A stretch of DNA of 64,000 nt, from the NCBI GenBank assembly GCA_938045545.1, contig CALIBN010000006.1:32001-96000 (forward strand), written 5' to 3'. The translations under genes and the position numbers were made by a program. The notes under the pieces were generated by a model. The model searched no databases, was not told where the DNA came from, and saw only the letters and a list, made by a program, of their open reading frames with translations. Of the stretch, positions 40,017-49,830 are shown in pieces. Source of the stretch: an uncultured archaeon (GTDB taxonomy: Archaea; Thermoproteota; EX4484-205; JAAOZP01). Position 1 is the first letter of the stretch. Each line of letters begins with the position of its first letter.

Positions 40017-40089
40017 TTCAAAACCTATTTCAACCGGCCGAATGTCAGAATCCTTACCCATTGCTAAGGCGACAATATTCTCTAACTCT

Positions 40090-41064
40090 TTAACCTTTCG
40101 CTGAAGCTTGTGAACACTGTTTTTTCAACGCTGCTTGTCTCGCTTCAGAAGCCCGCTTAAAATATTCCTCCCTGGTTTCCAGGCTGAACTCTTCGATAAC
40201 GTTTCCCACGGTAGTCTCCTCGGCTTCGCAAGACATGAGGAACACTGCTTCCGGACGAGCCACTTCGAAACGGATCTTTGAACCATACTTCTCTTTTATC
40301 CGATCCATTTTTTCCCAGTTGTAGTCCAGATGCAGAACCTCGTAATCCAGGTTTATCTCGCAGGATATAACCGGCTGGTAGCTGCTGGAAACAGCTAGAA
40401 CCCTGCCCAAGGGGTTTATAATCATGCTTCCTCTGTCGTCAGCTATTGAGGAAACCATGTAGACACCATGGTTAAAAGCCCATGTCTTCAACTGTAGTCC
40501 ACCAGGATACATGGATGGGAAGAAAACGATCTTAACCCGGTTGTCGGCCAAGCCTTTAATAACGTCTTCGAAATTCAGGTCGAAACATATTGCCACGCCG
40601 ATTTTCCCAAGCTCCAGATCGAACACCTTAGCCTCAACCCCCGGCGTAACGCCCGCTTCAATCTCCCATATCGTAGGGTGAATCTTATCATAGCTTCCAA
40701 CATACTCCCCGTCTCTGCCTATTAAAACAGCCGAGTTGTAAACTTTACTGCCATCCCTCCGCATCATGGGGAAGACTATGTGAACCCTGTTCCGCCTGGC
40801 GAAGGACGATACTCTTGTGAAGATTGCTCCCGGGATTTCCTCAGCGTTCCTCACCATCTCCTCCAAGCTTAACCCTAGAAAAGGCGAGCACTCAGGAAGG
40901 CAAATTACATCAGGCTTATCGAAAACGGCTCTGTTTAAAAGCCTCAGTATTTCCTTAACATTGTCCTCTATCGTTTCGCTGACTGTTTCACCCCTGATTC
41001 CTCTAAAAGTTACAGTGGCTACGCGAACATTCTTGGCCAACTTGTTTCTAAACACCCGTCTCAC
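40090..41064 (-). CDS. Carbon-nitrogen hydrolase (nitrilase superfamily)
   Basis: ICLPE, YNSAVLI, YDKIHP, ICFD (E-K-C triad). Confidence 0.9.
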   Translation of the reverse strand: MRRVFRNKLAKNVRVATVTFRGIRGETVSETIEDNVKEILRLLNRAVFDKPDVICLPECSPFLGLSLEEMVRNAEEIPGAIFTRVSSFARRNRVHIVFPMMRRDGSKVYNSAVLIGRDGEYVGSYDKIHPTIWEIEAGVTPGVEAKVFDLELGKIGVAICFDLNFEDVIKGLADNRVKIVFFPSMYPGGLQLKTWAFNHGVYMVSSIADDRGSMIINPLGRVLAVSSSYQPVISCEINLDYEVLHLDYNWEKMDRIKEKYGSKIRFEVARPEAVFLMSCEAEETTVGNVIEEFSLETREEYFKRASEARQAALKKQCSQASAKG

Positions 41065-41101
41065 GATTTAAATATTGCTCACGTTTTTCAGAAACAAGGC
41101 T

Positions 41102-42124
41102 ATGAGTAGAAAGGATGAGAAAATCAGGGTTCTAATAACGATACCTAGAGCCCTCTACAAGAAGGTCTCAAGGGTTGAAGACGAGGAGACGCTTAAGTCT
41201 TTTTCAGAATGCGTTTTCAACCCATTGGACAGGAATCTTACCGAGGAGGAGCTGTCACAGCTCATAGTTGACGTAGACGGGTGTATTACAAGCTGGGGCT
41301 CTCCAAGGTTCACCGAAGCAGTTTTGAATAACGCTAACAGGCTTAAAATCATTGGCCACGCTGCTGGAAGCGTTAAACCCTACGTGACAGACGAGGTTTT
41401 CAAGAAAGGAATAGTGGTTGTTAACGCTGCTTCAACAATAGCCAAACCCGTGGCGGAGTTTACCCTCGCGATGATTCTGAACTGTTTAAGGGGAATACCG
41501 AAGTATGTTGAAGCAATGAGTAGAAGAGCCTGGAGCTATAGGGATCAGAAGAGCTTTACGACTTATGATTTGAGAGGGAAGACGGTGGGAATAATAGGGT
41601 TTGGCGCTGTTGCCAGTGAATTGGTGAAACTGCTTAAACCGTTCGAAGTCGACGTGATTGTACACGACCCATATGTGGAGCCCAGCCAAGCTGCTGCATG
41701 CGGTGTTAGGAAGGCTGATTTAAACGGGCTGCTTTCACGTTCAGACGTGGTTACTCTCCATGCTGCTTCAACCCCGGAGACCCGTCACATGATTGGCGAG
41801 AAAGAGTTGAGACTGATGAAGCCTACAGCCTACCTGATAAACACGTCCAGAGGTGCCCTCATAGATGAGAACGCCCTGGTTAAAGCTTTAAAGGAGAAAT
41901 GGATTGCGGGGGCTGCTCTGGATGTTTTTGAACAGGAGCCTTTGGAAACCAGTAGTCCACTGTACGACTTGGAGAACGTGTTTTTAACACCCCATGTGGC
42001 AGGAGGGTCTGATGAGAGTATGAGAAATTTGTTCGGCACTATCGTCGAGGATTTTAAAAGATTCTTTTCAGGAGAGAAGCCTGTCAACACAGTGCTATAC
42101 GAGAGGCTTAAAGTTCTTGCCTGA
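41102..42124 (+). CDS. D-2-hydroxyacid dehydrogenase family protein
   Basis: HAAGSVK, GIIGFGAVA, INTSRG, ALDVFEQEP, TPHVAG; start at ATG 41102. Confidence 0.9.
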   Translation: MSRKDEKIRVLITIPRALYKKVSRVEDEETLKSFSECVFNPLDRNLTEEELSQLIVDVDGCITSWGSPRFTEAVLNNANRLKIIGHAAGSVKPYVTDEVFKKGIVVVNAASTIAKPVAEFTLAMILNCLRGIPKYVEAMSRRAWSYRDQKSFTTYDLRGKTVGIIGFGAVASELVKLLKPFEVDVIVHDPYVEPSQAAACGVRKADLNGLLSRSDVVTLHAASTPETRHMIGEKELRLMKPTAYLINTSRGALIDENALVKALKEKWIAGAALDVFEQEPLETSSPLYDLENVFLTPHVAGGSDESMRNLFGTIVEDFKRFFSGEKPVNTVLYERLKVLA

Positions 42125-42240
42125 GGTTTTTGAACCGAGTGAAACATTCGACAGCGTCATTTTATGCAAGCATATTATTCCTCATAGAAAAAATAAACAC
42201 TTAAATAAGAAAACAGGATAAACAAACTGTAAACCAGTTA

Positions 42241-42930
42241 ATGAGAAAAGGATTGGATGCAGAAGACGTTGCGACCTCAATCTTGGAGAAGCTCGGCTAC
42301 ACGGTTTTAGAAAAAAGGAAGCCTATAGTAGTTGGAGGAGTGAAGGTTGCCGAGATAGATCTGATGGCAAGAGACCAGGAGGGGGATGTTTTAGCGGTTG
42401 AGGTTAAGTCTGGAAAGGCCTCAGTCACGGATGTTAGACAGGTTTTCAGCAACTCCAAGCTTTTAAAGGTCAAGCCGCTGCTAGTCTGCAAAGGCTTTTC
42501 AGACGCTTCAGCGCTCAGCCTCGCCAGCGAGCTGGGAGTCAGATATATCCTTCTACCAGAGTACTATCTTCTCACGTTTGAAGATTTCAAAGAGGTTTCC
42601 AGAGAGATTATACATGACTTGTTAACGCTTTACTTCTCAGCGGAGGTTCAAGAAATCAGTAGTGAAGAGGAGAAAATAGTTGAGGCCGTTGCTCGTTCAA
42701 ACAGCTTTACTGAAGCCTCGGGAAGGCTGAATGTTTCAGAAGAGGAGCTTGGCAGAATGGTTTCCAGCATGAGTATTTTCAGGCCTTCGGACAGGCAGAG
42801 CTTCAGCCAACTTAGGCTTAGAGCAATGCTTGTTAAAAGCAGGCTTAAAGAGAAGAGGCTTGTTGAAAACATTGAGCGTAGACTTGATGCTCTGGAAAAA
42901 AAGATAAATGGTTTGAAGGATAAAAAATAA
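42241..42930 (+). CDS. PD-(D/E)XK nuclease (YraN/RecB-like, archaeal) with helical C-terminus
   Basis: E.VA..LEKLGY, AEIDLMA, AVEVKSG. Confidence 0.75.
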   Translation: MRKGLDAEDVATSILEKLGYTVLEKRKPIVVGGVKVAEIDLMARDQEGDVLAVEVKSGKASVTDVRQVFSNSKLLKVKPLLVCKGFSDASALSLASELGVRYILLPEYYLLTFEDFKEVSREIIHDLLTLYFSAEVQEISSEEEKIVEAVARSNSFTEASGRLNVSEEELGRMVSSMSIFRPSDRQSFSQLRLRAMLVKSRLKEKRLVENIERRLDALEKKINGLKDKK

Positions 42931-42939
42931 GGGATTATT

Positions 42940-43620
42940 TTACCCGAGCTTCCTGTGGCAGAACCACCAGTCGAAGCACTCGAATTCACCTGCTTTCGCC
43001 TTCTCGAGACGGGTTTTCGCCGTTTCCACGTCTCTGGCAGGTGGGATTATCACATGATCCTTAATCAGCTCGTTGTTAGGCCAGTCCGCCGGCATCGCTA
43101 CACCATTCTTGTCCGATATCTGCATCGCCTCAACGATCCTAACAATCTCATCCATATTCCTCCCCAGCTCCTGAGGATAGTAGAGGATTATGCGTATCTT
43201 TCCCCTGTCGTCGACCACGAATACGGCTCTAACGGTATTCGTCCCTTTCCCAGGGTGGATAAGACCCAGCTTCTCAGCAACCTCGCCGGTGTCAGCTATT
43301 ATCGGAAACCTTATCTCTACGCCCAGTTTCTCCCTTATCCACTCCATCCATTTTATGTGTGAGAAAACCTGGTCTACGCTTAGGCCGATTAACTCGCAGT
43401 TTAACGCTTTAAACTTGTCATACCTTTTCTGGAAGGCTACAAACTCCGTTGTGCAGACTGGAGTGAAGTCTGCAGGATGGCTGAACAGCACGAACCATTT
43501 CCCTGCAAAAGCCTTAGGTAGCTCTATAACTCCGTGCGTCGTTTGAACCTTTATTTCTGGAAAATCGTCCCCTAGGAGAGGCATGCTCCTTCTTTTAATC
43601 TCCATAGTTTTTTCTTCCAT
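42940..43620 (-). CDS. Archaeal peroxiredoxin (Prx6-type)
   Basis: [13 protein letters not shown]; C-terminal CFDWWFC. Confidence 0.95.
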   Translation of the reverse strand: MEEKTMEIKRRSMPLLGDDFPEIKVQTTHGVIELPKAFAGKWFVLFSHPADFTPVCTTEFVAFQKRYDKFKALNCELIGLSVDQVFSHIKWMEWIREKLGVEIRFPIIADTGEVAEKLGLIHPGKGTNTVRAVFVVDDRGKIRIILYYPQELGRNMDEIVRIVEAMQISDKNGVAMPADWPNNELIKDHVIIPPARDVETAKTRLEKAKAGEFECFDWWFCHRKLG

Positions 43621-44046
43621 TCAACAATGCCTTGTTTTGCCGATATATAAGTTTTTCCAAAATTTCGAATCTGCGATACTTATTCTAGGCAATCCAGTTG
43701 ATAGATATTTTTCCAGGAGCATTCCTCCCATTCACATCGAAAAGCTTCTAACAATTCATATTCTTCCTAATTTACTTTAGTGAGAAGGGCCTCTTCCCTG
43801 AGTGCGGTTTATCAGTTTCCCATCATCTATGCCAGAGCGCCAGAGACCCCGTGAAAAATCCTATTTCTGTAAGCGTAATGGTAATTTCGCAAGGACATCA
43901 AAAATAATTTTTCACGCAATCAAAGGTTTATTCCAAGCTTTCCGAATCATAAAGTCACAATCCAATATTCATCTTTTATACAAATCTCAAATACTGTTCC
44001 CCATATTTCTCCAGAGTAGTTACGCGAAGCTCAATAAGTGTTTTAC

Positions 44047-44616
44047 CTAATCAATTCTCAAGACATGGTTAAATCTACTCATCAACATATCCAGTAGCCT
44101 TTTCTCTTTTTCAGAAATCCCTGAGCCTTTATCGTCCATTAGAGATTTATTGTAATATGAGTTTGCGACAACAGTGTTGGATAATTCTAGGCATTCGATT
44201 ATTTTAAAAACGTTGCCAGAGTGCAAATAGATTGAGAGATCATTAATTAAGAGAATTGGCGTAAGTTTCATTAAAAATTCTTCAATCAGGGGTTCAATCA
44301 TCATTCTGTTAAACTCTGCAAGACTGAGAACTTCCTCTTTACTTTTGCCTTCTATTCTCGGAGCTCTTATTATCTGCGGTATCAAATATCTGACTTTGAA
44401 AACTTTAGGAGTATAGGAAGAAATCCTGCCTCCTACTCCTGGCACGGTTGTGGGCGACATGTCTATTACTGTTATATCGCTAGGTGAAACTTTTTCAAGA
44501 AGCCTATCTAGTATTTCTGCAGTAATTTTTGTTTTACCACTACCCATCTTTCCAAGTATCAATATCTTTCTTCCTAAAACGTCTTGAATAATATTATTCA
44601 ATGTCCTTAAGAGCAC
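44047..44616 (-). CDS. Small P-loop NTPase of unknown function
   Basis: ILILGKMGSGKT, LLINDLSIYL; overlaps the end of thiW. Confidence 0.65.
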   Translation of the reverse strand: MLLRTLNNIIQDVLGRKILILGKMGSGKTKITAEILDRLLEKVSPSDITVIDMSPTTVPGVGGRISSYTPKVFKVRYLIPQIIRAPRIEGKSKEEVLSLAEFNRMMIEPLIEEFLMKLTPILLINDLSIYLHSGNVFKIIECLELSNTVVANSYYNKSLMDDKGSGISEKEKRLLDMLMSRFNHVLRID

Positions 44617-45139
44617 CTACTTTATCTAAAGCCAAGGCTAATAATATTCCAATAATGCATCCACTCACAGAGCTTAACGCCCATCCCAGATACAGAGGCA
44701 GCAGTGCACCAAACCTTGATTGCAAAACTGCTCCGAAGAAAGGATCAACTATATACCATGAAACAGTACCACCTATGAAAACTGTCCCTACCGGCTCTCC
44801 TAATGACGCAAGAACAATTGCCCTTCTAATTTCAAACCTCTTCTTAAGTAGGATGTATAAAAATCCAACGACCAGTCCTCCTGGGATCCCGCCGGGATAA
44901 GCAAAAACCGTTCCCAATCCAAGCATTATTCGTAAAGTACCGACAATAATTGCACAGAGAGAAGCCCACAATGGGCCAACCATTATCCCGGCTAAAACAT
45001 TGATCACATGTTGACCTGGAAAAGCCTTTGTTGGACCCCATTGGAACCATGCTACTGGAGAAACAGCTAAAGCAATAGCTGAAAACAATGCTGAGAGCAC
45101 GAGCTTCCTTAAAGACTTGCCTTTAATCGTTTTAATCAC
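44594..45139 (-). CDS. thiW: ECF transporter S component ThiW
   Basis: FPGQHVINVLAG..GP, GTVFAYPGG, GEPVGT. Confidence 0.9.
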   Translation of the reverse strand: MIKTIKGKSLRKLVLSALFSAIALAVSPVAWFQWGPTKAFPGQHVINVLAGIMVGPLWASLCAIIVGTLRIMLGLGTVFAYPGGIPGGLVVGFLYILLKKRFEIRRAIVLASLGEPVGTVFIGGTVSWYIVDPFFGAVLQSRFGALLPLYLGWALSSVSGCIIGILLALALDKVGALKDIE

Positions 45140-46496
45140 CCAATTCGGAAGCTATCATTAATACTTTAGTAGCTACTTCAACAGCGTTTCTGCCAAGTAT
45201 TCTTACCATTGGTTCTTTGCCAACATCCCCCAGGTCGTATATTACGTCCGGTATTTTTCCAGCATTTTCAATGGCTTTTCCAACACCCCATGGTAGGCTT
45301 TCCCCCTCCTTAGCTTTAACTTCTTCAGGCTCTTTTCTTCTGTCAAAAGATGAAACTGTTAACTTCAATGATTTACATGCTTCAACTATCTCACTAGAGT
45401 ATTTTATATTCATGGCTGCTCTCCACTCCTCTTCATACTCCATCACCTTCAAAACTACTCTGGCTACGTGTGAAGAAGCACCGAACTCGGGGCCTCTAAT
45501 AGCAAGTATCCTGTCCCCTAATTTAATAAGTCTCCCAGGTATTCCAGCCACATCTGATACGGAATTGGCATACCGCTTGGGTAAGGCCATGACTATGTTG
45601 CTTCCAACCTCAGGAATCAGCTTCGCAATTTCTGATGACTCCAGCATCTTTACAGCCTTAGACAAATTCTCAATGACTCTGTATTTTTCGGCATCCCTCT
45701 CCATCCATGCTGTCGGATTAACTGGCCCATGTCCCTTGCCAATGTTTAAACCATATTCTATGGCGAGCTGGATGAATTTTTTAGCCTCTTCTAAGGCTTC
45801 CATAATGTTCTTGCCTTTAGCAAGCCCTGCGGCAATTGCTGCAGAGAAGCTACATCCTGTTCCATGCGTATTCCTCGTATCAATCCTGCTGCCATGCAGT
45901 TCATGAAACTCTCCGCCACTGTAAACTATGTCAACAGCTTCTTTGTTTTTCTCCAAATGGCCTCCTTTAACGACGACTGCCCTAGGACCTAATTCGGCGA
46001 TCCTTTCAGCAGCAGCCTGCATATCGTCCAGTTTTGAAATTTTCAACCCGCTTAAAACCTCGGCCTCGAATATGTTTGGAGTAACTACTGTTGCCACGGG
46101 TAAAAGCGTCTTCTTCACAGATTCCTCAGCCTCAGGCTTGAGCAAGCGGGCCCCGCTTTTAGCAACCATTACCGGATCCACAACCAACGGAAAACCGTAT
46201 TCTCGGACCTTTTTCGCAACTAGTTCTATTACCTCTTTTCTATGAAGCATGCCTGTCTTAGCAGCATCTATACCGATGTCTTCGAAGACGACATCTATCT
46301 GTTTTTCCACAATGCTTAGCTCCACATCCTGTATGGCAAAGACGCCAACAGTATTCTGTGCAGTTATTGCCGTTAATGCCACGGTTCCATGTACCCCCAT
46401 AACAGAGAATGTTTTAAGGTCAGCCTCTATTCCTGCCCCCCCACCAGAATCGCTTCCAGCTATAGTCATAGCAACAGGAATCCTCTTAGCCTTCAT
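45132..46496 (-). CDS. thiD: Bifunctional HMP/HMP-P kinase and thiamine-phosphate synthase ThiDN
   Basis: [32 protein letters not shown]; ThiN domain [20 protein letters not shown]. Confidence 0.95.
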   Translation of the reverse strand: MKAKRIPVAMTIAGSDSGGGAGIEADLKTFSVMGVHGTVALTAITAQNTVGVFAIQDVELSIVEKQIDVVFEDIGIDAAKTGMLHRKEVIELVAKKVREYGFPLVVDPVMVAKSGARLLKPEAEESVKKTLLPVATVVTPNIFEAEVLSGLKISKLDDMQAAAERIAELGPRAVVVKGGHLEKNKEAVDIVYSGGEFHELHGSRIDTRNTHGTGCSFSAAIAAGLAKGKNIMEALEEAKKFIQLAIEYGLNIGKGHGPVNPTAWMERDAEKYRVIENLSKAVKMLESSEIAKLIPEVGSNIVMALPKRYANSVSDVAGIPGRLIKLGDRILAIRGPEFGASSHVARVVLKVMEYEEEWRAAMNIKYSSEIVEACKSLKLTVSSFDRRKEPEEVKAKEGESLPWGVGKAIENAGKIPDVIYDLGDVGKEPMVRILGRNAVEVATKVLMIASELGD

Positions 46497-46516
46497 CTCT
46501 TATGCAAGCCGAAGTA

Positions 46517-46536
46517 AACATGTTTATAAACATGTT
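46517..46536. promoter_or_regulatory. Perfect 20-bp palindrome centred on a bidirectional TATA box; candidate operator
   Basis: AACATGTTTA|TAAACATGTT between the divergent thiDN and regulator genes. Confidence 0.65.
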
Positions 46537-46551
46537 GGCAACGTATTTTTT

Positions 46552-46943
46552 ATGAAAACGCTTACGAGTACGTTATAAAAAGCTACTTGCCTCAGTTGAG
46601 AGCGAGGATAGTTAGAGAGCTCATCGAGTCTCACGGTTGGAGTATAACGAGTGCAGTTAAGGCAATAGGGATCTCCTCGACTGCAGCCGCAAAGTACAAG
46701 AGGATAATAGCGACATCAAGCGGTTATTATAGCATAAGTTTAGATTCGTTCTCGAGAAGCTTTGCCGAGAGAATATTGAAAAACGAGCTTACGCCAAGCA
46801 GTTTCATAGAAGAAGTGTGCTTAAAGTGCATTTAGGAAAGAGCGAGAGGAAGCATTTGTAAGCTTCACAGAAAAGTTCAACCACAGCTTGAAAGCTGTAG
46901 AAGTTGTTTCAAAGTATTTCAGAAAATGACTGAGCGCGCATAG
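46552..46943 (+). pseudogene. Disrupted HTH and Cys/His zinc-finger transcriptional regulator (COG2522/ThiR N-domain-like)
   Basis: ATG 46552 MKT, 1-nt loss near 46561, then [21 protein letters not shown]...CLKCI; TAG at 46833-46835, then in frame ERARGSICKLH...CRSC. Confidence 0.7.
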
Positions 46944-47001
46944 GAAGTATGTCAAGCGTAATGGCGTTTTTATGCTTGATGTCTGGAAAGCTCGAAAATA
47001 C

Positions 47002-47964
47002 TCACCAGCCTTTTAAAGCAGCCTCCTTTAAGACCCCGGCTGGAGGGTTTAACCCTGCCTCTCTAAAAGCTATTAAAAGTGCGCCCACGGCAGGAGGGTA
47101 TGCCGGTCTTTTAACATTAATCTTACCGTATTCTAATGAAAGGTGCTTCCTAATTCTTCTAGCCAGGATGTCCGAATGATGGTTAAACATTCCCCCTACA
47201 AGGTAAATGTTCAACTCGTCTCCACGGGTCAGCTTCATCTTTCTAGCCACAGCCAACACGCCTCTCGAGAGGGATTTCGCAGCATCCTCAATTATGCACC
47301 TGGCAACCACATCGCCTTTCTCAGCCTCAGCCTTAACTATTTTCGCGAAGAGCGCTATACGCTCCTTCCTCATCTCGTGGACACGCCTAGCCAATTCCTC
47401 CATACTCCTGGCTTTAAAGAAACTTTTAGCCTCCTCCTCAAGGCTCGTCCTACTTCCCCTTCCATCGTAAGACTGGAATGCTGCTCTCAAAGCCTCGATG
47501 GAAACAGAGTATGCCCCACCCTCATCGTTGAAAACGTGGCCCCATCCTCCTGCTCTGAAAAATGAGCCTCCCGACACTCCTACAACAACCGAGCCTGTTC
47601 CAACCACGACTATAATACCCTGCTCCCCCAACCCTAAGCAGGCTGCTGCAGCAGCCTCAACATCGCTTTTGACCAGGATTTTACCAGCCCTAATCCTGTT
47701 TCGAAACAGTTTTTCAAGCATTCTCCTTGCTGTCCAGGCTCCCGAAAGACATAGTGCTACAACTTCAGCCTCGACGCACCCGAGTTTCCCCAGGGCTCCG
47801 TTAAACGCTCTCACCACTGAAAGCAGAGTTGTTTCAGGGCCTGCTGAAAGAATGTTTGACGGCCCGGATTTGCATGCGGCAACACGCCAACTGCCGGTTT
47901 CAACGGCCAGACACCTTGTTGAGCTCGCACCCCCGTCTACACCGGCTACAACAATGCGTTTCAA
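47002..47964 (-). CDS. BadF/BadG-type N-acetylhexosamine kinase (MurK/GlcNAc kinase-like)
   Basis: GVDGGASSTR, SDV, GTGSV, RAGGWGH.F.DEGGAY, LVGGMF. Confidence 0.85.
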   Translation of the reverse strand: MKRIVVAGVDGGASSTRCLAVETGSWRVAACKSGPSNILSAGPETTLLSVVRAFNGALGKLGCVEAEVVALCLSGAWTARRMLEKLFRNRIRAGKILVKSDVEAAAAACLGLGEQGIIVVVGTGSVVVGVSGGSFFRAGGWGHVFNDEGGAYSVSIEALRAAFQSYDGRGSRTSLEEEAKSFFKARSMEELARRVHEMRKERIALFAKIVKAEAEKGDVVARCIIEDAAKSLSRGVLAVARKMKLTRGDELNIYLVGGMFNHHSDILARRIRKHLSLEYGKINVKRPAYPPAVGALLIAFREAGLNPPAGVLKEAALKGW

Positions 47965-49109
47965 CCGTAGAGAAGAACCCTTCTGACCCTAGCTTTAAAC
48001 CTTTTCTGCTCGTCTCTCAGTCTCAAAACAATCTCTTCGACGCTAACGCCGTTTAAGATGTTTCTCCTGACCTTGCTGTCGCCGAGCAGCCTATCCATCT
48101 TCCCGTGTTCAACTTCTAACTCCCTCGGGTGAACCTCTAGCACAGTTTGAAGGATGTTGACCCCAACCTGGAAAGGCTTAATCTTCCTCTGGTCTTCCAC
48201 CACAAGGTGGATCCCTCTGCAAACCTTTCCCTCGTGTTTGGAAGAGGAAGGGATGAACCTGGTCTCCATGAGGAGGCAATCTTTACCCAGCTTACGTCTC
48301 AACACGGGGGCGACCTCCGCTGATTTAAACCATGGAGCACCGAAGACTTCAAAAGGCTTGTATGTTCCCCTGCCTTCAGAAAGGTTTGTAGCCTCCAGAA
48401 GAACCATCCCGGAATAGAGTAGCGCGGCAACCGGCGTCGGTATTGCGGGCGAAGGATAAACCCAGGGCAGGCCCGTGTCGCAGAAGTACATCATCCTGCT
48501 CCATCCTGAAAGCCTCACCACCAAGGGGGGTTTCAAGCCCTTTTCGAAAGCATAGAGGAGAGCCAGCTCGCCGGGAGTCATGCCGTATCTAAGGGGAACG
48601 TAATACGGTCCAACGAAGGATTCAAGCCCCTTTTTTAAAACAGGGCCCTCCACGGTGAGACCACCCAGTGGGTTAGGCCTGTCGAGAATCATGAAGCCGA
48701 CGCTGTTCTTCGACGCCTCCTCTAAACAGTTTAGCATCGTGGATATGTAAGTGTATGTTCTGCATCCAACGTCTTGAATATCGTAGATCAGCAGGTCTAG
48801 CTCCTTAAGCGTCTCGACACTGGGCTTTCTCCGCGTGCCGTATAGGCTTTGAACACTAACCCCGTTTAAAGAAAGTTTTTCAGACTCCACTGGCTCACCG
48901 GCACCGTAGGCTCCCCAAAGCCCGTGTTCAGGAGTAAAGATGGTTTTAACACGTATCCCTTTTTCTAAGAGCCGTATGTAAGACGGGTCTAATCTTCTCG
49001 TCACCGAAGTATGGTTTACGATAAGCCCTATGTTTAGACGGGAAAGCCTTTCAAGCAGTTTTCTCCTCTCGAGAAGGACGTCCAGCCCCGGCTTAACCCT
49101 GCTTGCCAA
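47961..49109 (-). CDS. namZ: Exo-beta-N-acetylmuramidase NamZ (DUF1343/YbbC); no signal peptide
   Basis: NHTS, PEHG, SLYG, DIQDVGCRTYTYISTM, LDRPNP, GMTPGELA, PSP, SEGRGT, FGAPW. Confidence 0.9.
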   Translation of the reverse strand: MASRVKPGLDVLLERRKLLERLSRLNIGLIVNHTSVTRRLDPSYIRLLEKGIRVKTIFTPEHGLWGAYGAGEPVESEKLSLNGVSVQSLYGTRRKPSVETLKELDLLIYDIQDVGCRTYTYISTMLNCLEEASKNSVGFMILDRPNPLGGLTVEGPVLKKGLESFVGPYYVPLRYGMTPGELALLYAFEKGLKPPLVVRLSGWSRMMYFCDTGLPWVYPSPAIPTPVAALLYSGMVLLEATNLSEGRGTYKPFEVFGAPWFKSAEVAPVLRRKLGKDCLLMETRFIPSSSKHEGKVCRGIHLVVEDQRKIKPFQVGVNILQTVLEVHPRELEVEHGKMDRLLGDSKVRRNILNGVSVEEIVLRLRDEQKRFKARVRRVLLYG

Positions 49110-49110
49110 A

Positions 49111-49824
49111 CTACTCGCCCAGGAGGCTTTTCCTCCTTATCCTCTTAACACCCCAGTCTCCGAAGGTCATGAACGCTTCAGCGTATTGGAAACCGACTTC
49201 AAGCCCTCTGATCCTTTTTAAGCAGGAATAGTAATCAACGTAGTTGAACCCGCTGTACTTTCCAGATGTAAAATCGTAAGTCTTAATCACATCCAAATAT
49301 TTTTCGAAAACACTGCCGACGTCAACGTACACCTCCGGCTGGAAGCCCTGCGGGTCCTCCCAGTTCTCAGGATAGTAAAGCTCAACCGACCTACTGTGCC
49401 TCCCCTCCGCCCTCTGCTCTCCCGTGAAGCTTTCGAAAGCCTGTATGGCTAGAAGGTGGCACGCAAGATGATCAGGATGATAGCTTCCCTTCCAGTGAAT
49501 CAGAACCGCGTCAGGCATGAACTCTGAAAGAGCCTTATACATTTTCTGCTTAACCTCCTCCGCATCGTAGGGAACGCCCTCCACGCAACCCAGGAAACCC
49601 ACTTCAGCATCCAGCTTCCTAGACGCTTCTAAAGCCTGCTTAACCCTTGTTTCAGCATACTCCTCAGCAGATAACCCTGGCGGACGAGCCCATTTTCCAG
49701 AAGGCTTAAACATGTGGAGTATTAGACATCTTCCCCCCTCCTCAGCGTTTCTCAGAATCGACCCGCCCGCTGTGATTTCAACATCCCCAGTGTGGGCGCT
49801 AAACGCTAGTATTTTAATGCCCAA
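49111..49824 (-). CDS. PIG-L/LmbE family N-deacetylase
   Basis: AHTGDVEI, HWKGSYHPDH, ENWED, YAEAF. Confidence 0.8.
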   Translation of the reverse strand: MGIKILAFSAHTGDVEITAGGSILRNAEEGGRCLILHMFKPSGKWARPPGLSAEEYAETRVKQALEASRKLDAEVGFLGCVEGVPYDAEEVKQKMYKALSEFMPDAVLIHWKGSYHPDHLACHLLAIQAFESFTGEQRAEGRHSRSVELYYPENWEDPQGFQPEVYVDVGSVFEKYLDVIKTYDFTSGKYSGFNYVDYYSCLKRIRGLEVGFQYAEAFMTFGDWGVKRIRRKSLLGE

Positions 49825-49830
49825 CGTTGG

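Noticed and set aside
46497-46552. TPP riboswitch upstream of thiDN
   Set aside because: The gap is only 55 bp and lacks the conserved CUGAGA core.
39849-46835. In-frame TAG codons at 39849, 39999 and 46833 as evidence of pyrrolysine/amber recoding
   Set aside because: TAG ends many intact genes here (e.g. 5473, 8217, 23370, 55399, 62042). The affected genes also carry frameshifts, a TAA lesion exists at 38391, and no pyl genes are in the window.
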